From assembly GCA_002727315.1 (NCBI GenBank), contig PBWR01000023.1:100722-164721 (forward strand): a stretch of DNA of 64,000 bases, in the 5' to 3' direction. Positions 59,671 to 64,000 of the stretch are shown here, piece by piece. Under the pieces are notes generated by a model. The model saw only the letters and a program-made list of their open reading frames with translations. It ran no database searches and was not told the DNA's origin. The position numbers and the translations under genes were made by a program. The stretch is from Alphaproteobacteria bacterium. Lineage in GTDB: Bacteria; Pseudomonadota; Alphaproteobacteria; UBA6615. Every line of letters starts with the position of its first letter. The first letter of the stretch is position 1.

Positions 59671-60813
59671 CTAGCGGACGAAGATGCGGATCTCGTTGCT
59701 GCCGACATCCGAACTGGAGGTCGAGTTGAGCGACAGGCGATCGCTTGGCAGGCCCATCTGGACCAGCGTCTGCAGCACCTGTTCGGCGTTGCGCCGCGCC
59801 TGGTTGGCGCTGAGCGCCACCTGGGCCGGGGTGCCCTGCTGCGGGACGATCGACACGATGTCGAACACCGCACCCGGGCGCCGGTTGAGCGCTTCGGAGA
59901 CGGCCGTGAATAGCGGCTCCTTATAGGGCACGTTCTCACGGTCGAAGCGGATCACGACCAGCGGACGCCGGTTCGACAGGTTGCCCACCGCGGCACCGCG
60001 GCTATGGGTCGGCGAGGAGAAGGCGCGGTTGGCAAGGCTCGTGCCGAACAGCTCGCCATTCTTCACCGCCAGCGACAGGACGGTCAGATTGCTGCGTTCG
60101 CGGCCGACATAGTTGGTCTGGCGTGACACGTCCTCGGTCAGTTCGTTCAGCAGCCGGTCGATCAGGACGACGGTGCGGTTGACCTCGTCCTCGAGCACGG
60201 CGAGCTGGCGATGATCTTCGTCCACCGCGCCGGTGAGGCCGTAGGTGGCGCGGACCGATTCCAGAACAAAGGACGCGAGCGCACTGTCATCCGCGACCTT
60301 GTTCGACAGGCTGGTCATCTGTCCGACATTGTCGGAAATCTGGTCCAGCGTCGCCTGGGCCTGGTTCCAGGCTGCCACAAGGTTCGGATTGCCCGGCGTG
60401 GTGCCGACCTGGAGCTTGGACTGAATGCCCGCGATCAGCTGCTGGTAGGACGTCGCGTTCGCGACGGTCTGCTGGCGCAGCCCCTGGAGCTGGCCGTCGT
60501 CGTTGCCGACGCTTGCCTGCAGGCGGCCGAGATCGCTACGCAGACGCTCGACCCGGCGGCCGACCTCGGTGCCGGTCGCCTGGCCCTGGGTCACGCCCTC
60601 GGGCTGGAAGGTGGTCTGGCCAAGCTGCGGAGGCGTGCCGGAGATTGTCGGCTGAGGGTTGCGCTCGGCATTGCTCGGCGGAATGACGACGCGCTCGCCG
60701 CCGGAAGGAGACTCGCCCGTCAGGGATGGAACCAGTATGTCATCGGTGAAATCACAGGCTGCCAACAGCAGCGCTGCGCCGGCCAGTGCCGACCAGGTGC
60801 GAATTTTGGTCAT
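59671..60813 (-). CDS. hypothetical lipoprotein (signal peptide plus lipobox LLLAAC)
   Basis: Start MTKIRTWSALAGAALLLAACD. S/T/Q/N/G-rich, coiled-coil-like middle region. Confidence 0.55.
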   Translation of the reverse strand: MTKIRTWSALAGAALLLAACDFTDDILVPSLTGESPSGGERVVIPPSNAERNPQPTISGTPPQLGQTTFQPEGVTQGQATGTEVGRRVERLRSDLGRLQASVGNDDGQLQGLRQQTVANATSYQQLIAGIQSKLQVGTTPGNPNLVAAWNQAQATLDQISDNVGQMTSLSNKVADDSALASFVLESVRATYGLTGAVDEDHRQLAVLEDEVNRTVVLIDRLLNELTEDVSRQTNYVGRERSNLTVLSLAVKNGELFGTSLANRAFSSPTHSRGAAVGNLSNRRPLVVIRFDRENVPYKEPLFTAVSEALNRRPGAVFDIVSIVPQQGTPAQVALSANQARRNAEQVLQTLVQMGLPSDRLSLNSTSSSDVGSNEIRIFVR

Positions 60814-61047
60814 CTGGTCTCTTGTCCCTCGGTGCCCCTGCGATCCCCCCGAAATTGGCCGCATGTGCGGAGGAGGCGCAAAAATTGCTGATTAGCCAAA
60901 TGGTTGCGGCGGATGTTAGCGATTGGCCTATCTCCGGGCAAGCAGCTTTTGGGCCGGATTTTCGCGGTATTTACACGGCGCAAACGCCGGGTCGGGGCGC
61001 TTGCATTCGCGAAGGCTTTTGATTAGCGTCCGCGCGCCGTTTGCAAT

Positions 61048-61124
61048 GCGCCCGTAGCTCAACTGGATAGAGCGTCTGACTACGGATCAGGAGGTTGGGA
61101 GTTCGAATCTTCCCGGGCGCGCCA
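61048..61124 (+). tRNA. tRNA-Arg (anticodon ACG)
   Basis: GCGCCCGTAGCTCAACTGGATAGAGCG TCTGA-CTACGGA-TCAGG ... GGTTCGAATC ... CGGGCGCGCCA cloverleaf, 77 nt with CCA. Confidence 0.9.
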
Positions 61125-61177
61125 CTTCGACCGAGAAATCTGACGAATGCCGCTCCGCCGGACAGTAAATCCGGCGG

Positions 61178-61552
61178 CTACAGGCCGTCCACGTGCCAGC
61201 CGCCATTCACATCGAAGTGGCGGACCGAGCACGCCTCGATGAGATCCTCGTAGCCGTCTGGCATGTAGGACACCTGCCAGTCCGCGCCGAACCTGGCCTT
61301 GATGGCCGCCAGGTCCTGTCACACGGACACGAACAGCACGGTGCCGCTGTCGCCTTCCATGCCGCGCCCGAAGATGTATCCCCGGTTGCCGGGCTCGCCT
61401 GCAACCACTGATGCGGATGTCGAGGAGAACTTCTCCAGCAGTTTATCGGCGCACCCGGGTTTCGGGTGCGCCTCGCAAATACGCAGGATGGGGCCTTGAG
61501 TGATCGTCCCGCGATGCCTCTGTTCACCGCCAGCCCAGCGCGGGTGCGACAT
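61178..61552 (-). pseudogene. ABM-domain (antibiotic-biosynthesis-monooxygenase-like) protein gene interrupted by an in-frame TGA
   Basis: ..GTVLFVSV*QDLAAIKARFGADWQV.. TGA at 61319-61321 sits where the conserved ABM Trp (W-x-[DS]) is expected (TGG to TGA). Hairpin ccgccgga..tccggcgg (61150-61177) downstream. Confidence 0.55.
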
Positions 61553-62546
61553 GGGTCAGGATCGCCTCGATCACGTGAGCGTTGTAATCGACGCCAAGCT
61601 GGTTGGGCACGGTGAGCAAGAGCGTATCGGCCTCGGCGATGGCCTCGTCCCCGGCCAGCTGTTCGGCCAGCTTGTCGGGTTCGGCGGCGTAGGTGCGCCC
61701 GAAGATCGCACGGGTCTCGGGGTCGAGGAAGCCGATATGGTCTTCGCTTTCTCCCGAGCGCCCGAAATAGGCGCGGTCCTGGTCGTTCACCAGGGCGAAG
61801 ATCGAGCGGCTGACCGACGTGCGGGGTTCGCGCTCGTGGCCGGCCTCCTTCCAGGCCTCGCGGAAGGCGCGAATCTGGGCGGCCTGCTGGATGTGCAGCG
61901 GCTCACCGGTCTCGTCGGTCTTGAGGGTGGAGCTCTGCAGGTTCATGCCCATCTTCGCGGCCCACACGGCGGTCGCGTTCGACGCAGCACCCCACCAGAT
62001 GCGTTCGCGCAGGTCCTCCGAATAGGGCTCGAGGCGCAGCTTACCCGGCGGGTTGGGGAACATGGGGTTGGGCTCCGGCTCGGCGAAACCCTCGCCGCGC
62101 AACACGTCGAGGAACACCGCCGTGTGCCGTCGTGCCATGTCGGCATGGGTCTCGTCCTCGCCCGGCGCATAGCCGAAATAGCGATAGCCCTGCTGGACCT
62201 GCTCGCCGGAACCGCGGCTGATCCCGAGCTGCAGACGGCCGCCGGAAATAAGGTCTGCCGCACCGGCATTCTCGGCCATGTAGAGCGGGTTCTCGTAGCG
62301 CATGTCGATCACGCCGGTGCCGAGCTCGATCCGGCTGGTCTTCGCGCCGGCCGCCGCCAGCAGCGGGAACGGCGAGGCGTACTGCCGCGCGAAATGATGC
62401 ACCCGGTAGAAGGCGCCGTCCGCGCCCAGCTCCTCGGCCGCGACGGCAAGGTCGATGCCCTGGAGCAGCGCATCGGCGCCCGACTGGGTCTGGGAGGCCG
62501 GAGAGGCGGCCCAGTGTCCGAAGGACAGGAACCCGATTTTCTTCAT
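61524..62546 (-). CDS. LLM-class flavin-dependent oxidoreductase (luciferase-like monooxygenase)
   Basis: Start MKKIGFLSFGHW.., TIM-barrel LLM motifs. 340 aa. Tool ORF extends to 62753. Confidence 0.8.
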   Translation of the reverse strand: MKKIGFLSFGHWAASPASQTQSGADALLQGIDLAVAAEELGADGAFYRVHHFARQYASPFPLLAAAGAKTSRIELGTGVIDMRYENPLYMAENAGAADLISGGRLQLGISRGSGEQVQQGYRYFGYAPGEDETHADMARRHTAVFLDVLRGEGFAEPEPNPMFPNPPGKLRLEPYSEDLRERIWWGAASNATAVWAAKMGMNLQSSTLKTDETGEPLHIQQAAQIRAFREAWKEAGHEREPRTSVSRSIFALVNDQDRAYFGRSGESEDHIGFLDPETRAIFGRTYAAEPDKLAEQLAGDEAIAEADTLLLTVPNQLGVDYNAHVIEAILTHVAPALGWR

Positions 62547-62755
62547 GACAACAATCGTCGTTTGGGTGCGCGGCGGTGCGCGACCGTGATGCATAAACAG
62601 ATGCGTCGGCTGTGCCCGCGAAGCAAGGGGATAGTGGATGAACTGCGATCTTGGGACTTGTGCCGCAGGTTCTCGACGTGGCGCGTCGCAGATTTCAGTC
62701 GGGCCGAATCGGGTCATGGTTCCAATTTCGGGGCTGCGGCAGGGGGCGCGCATAT

Positions 62756-63913
62756 ATGGGTTACACCCCGATCCATTTTACCGAGGAAGACCGGATCTTT
62801 CGGGACCAGATTCGGCGTTTCGCTGAGCGCGAGGTCGCACCGATCGCGGACGAGATCGATCATGCGGACCGGTTTCCCGAAGAGGTGATCCCGAAGTTCG
62901 GTGATATGGGCCTGCTGCAGTGGAGCGTGCCTGAGGCGTATGGCGGGCCCGAAGGGTCCCTGACCAAGCTCTGCATCGCACGCGAGGAACTGGCGCGATA
63001 CTCCCTGTCCCTGTCGGTGATGGTGGGGGAGAACGGCAATGGCATGGCCCTGCCCTTGCTGTTTGCGGGCACCGATGCCCAGAAACAGAAATATTTCCCG
63101 ATGCTCGCCAAGGGCCGGACGCTGGTTGCCTTCGCCCTGTCGGAGCCGGAGGCGGGATCGGATGCGGCGGCCCTGCGCACGCGCGCTGTGCGCGACGGCG
63201 ATGACTGGCTGATCACCGGCAACAAGATCTTCGTGACCTGCGGGCCGGTAGCCGAGTATGTCTTGGTGCTGGCCCGCACCAACGAGGCGCCGCGCGCCAA
63301 AGGGGTCTCGGCCTTCATCGTCGACACTTCGCTGCCCGGGGTCACCCGCGGGCCGAAGAACGCGAAGATGGGCTACAACGGTGCGACGCCGAACTGCGAT
63401 TTCTTCTTCGAAGATGTGCGCGTGCCTGCCGACGCCAGAATCGGTGGCGACGGTGAGGGCTTCACGATCGCGATGAAATGCATGGAGTTCAACCGCCCGG
63501 CCATGTCGGCCTCGGCGGTCGGGATTGCCCAGGGCGCGCTCGACCAGGCCGTGGCGTTCGCGAAGGACCGCGAACAGTTCGGCAAGCCCATCGCCGAGTT
63601 CCAGGGTCTGCAGTTCATGATGGCCGACATGGCCACGCAGATCGAGGCGGCGCGCGCGCTGCTCTATGAGGTGACGGCGCGCTACGATCGGGCAGAGATG
63701 GACGGGTATGGCGGCCTGTCGGCCATGGTCAAGACCCTGTGCAGCGATGCGGCCATGAAGGTGACCACCGATGCGGTGCAGGTTCTCGGCGGTTACGGTT
63801 ACATGAAGGAGTTCCCGGTGGAGCGCATGATGCGTGATGCGAAGGTGACCCAGATCTTCGAGGGCACTAACCAGATCCAGCGCATGCTGATTGCGCGCGA
63901 TCTCCTGGCCTAG
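62756..63913 (+). CDS. acyl-CoA dehydrogenase
   Basis: MGYTPIHFTEEDRIFRDQIRRFAEREV.., FAD/substrate motifs, catalytic Glu near the C-terminus (YEVTA/QIFEGTNQIQ). Confidence 0.85.
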   Translation: MGYTPIHFTEEDRIFRDQIRRFAEREVAPIADEIDHADRFPEEVIPKFGDMGLLQWSVPEAYGGPEGSLTKLCIAREELARYSLSLSVMVGENGNGMALPLLFAGTDAQKQKYFPMLAKGRTLVAFALSEPEAGSDAAALRTRAVRDGDDWLITGNKIFVTCGPVAEYVLVLARTNEAPRAKGVSAFIVDTSLPGVTRGPKNAKMGYNGATPNCDFFFEDVRVPADARIGGDGEGFTIAMKCMEFNRPAMSASAVGIAQGALDQAVAFAKDREQFGKPIAEFQGLQFMMADMATQIEAARALLYEVTARYDRAEMDGYGGLSAMVKTLCSDAAMKVTTDAVQVLGGYGYMKEFPVERMMRDAKVTQIFEGTNQIQRMLIARDLLA

Positions 63914-63933
63914 CAGGCACGGGCGGCTTGACC

Positions 63934-64000
63934 ATGAACGGCCTGCTCGACGGCATCCGGGTGCTCGATTTCACGACGATGATGGCCGGGCCCTATTGCA
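63934..64000 (+). CDS. CoA-transferase family III (CaiB/BaiF) protein, N-terminal fragment; continues past window end
   Basis: MNGLLDGIRVLDFTTMMAGPYC = family III CoA-transferase N-terminal signature. Confidence 0.6.
   Translation, partial: MNGLLDGIRVLDFTTMMAGPYC

Noticed and set aside
1-64000. CRISPR arrays, integrases/transposases, toxin-antitoxin pairs or known defence-system gene sets
   Set aside because: No short direct-repeat/spacer periodicity was seen. Every large ORF has a plausible housekeeping or metabolic assignment. No recombinase or nuclease-type mobile or defence genes were recognised.

Overview
High-GC (~65%) chromosomal window that reads like an alphaproteobacterial core genome. 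It carries the thrS-infC / rpmI-rplT-pheS-pheT translation cluster, lepA, a yejABEF peptide/microcin-type ABC importer, kdsB, pheA, nudC, an SRP-RNA(ffs)-dnaX-ybaB-recR block, rmuC, def-fmt-truA, dapE-dapD, argB, the engB-yidC-yidD-rnpA-rpmH cluster, rlmI, a peptide-utilisation cluster (M20 deacylase, DmpA-like peptidase, Dpp-like SBP plus two permeases), gpt, a COG1067-type Lon-like AAA+ protease, tRNA-Ser(GGA) and tRNA-Arg(ACG).

I found no CRISPR array, integrase, transposase or recognisable defence system. The accessory and unusual content is:
(1) a three-gene module on the opposite strand (alpha/beta hydrolase, 2OG-Fe(II) oxygenase, SDR) inserted between infC and rpmI, which are normally contiguous;
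(2) a family of ~110-nt double-hairpin palindromic REP/MITE-like elements with three copies, one of them inside the pheS-pheT spacer;
(3) a tRNA-Ser followed directly by a 5'-truncated LysR gene, then a glutathione-centred cluster (GFA, CmcJ-like, 3 GSTs, lipocalin-like protein, M17 aminopeptidase);
(4) a low-GC two-gene islet (NtaA/DszA-type LLM monooxygenase plus GST) that appears to have inserted into a pre-existing gene, leaving a 3' remnant and an AT-rich junction;
(5) several disrupted genes: a HisN/IMPase-family gene with a -1 frameshift in a C-run, an ABM-domain gene with TGA at the conserved Trp, a degraded Bcr/CflA MFS gene, and the truncated LysR;
(6) infC apparently initiating at AUC.

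All protein and family assignments come from reading the translations and motifs by eye. No database search was run.
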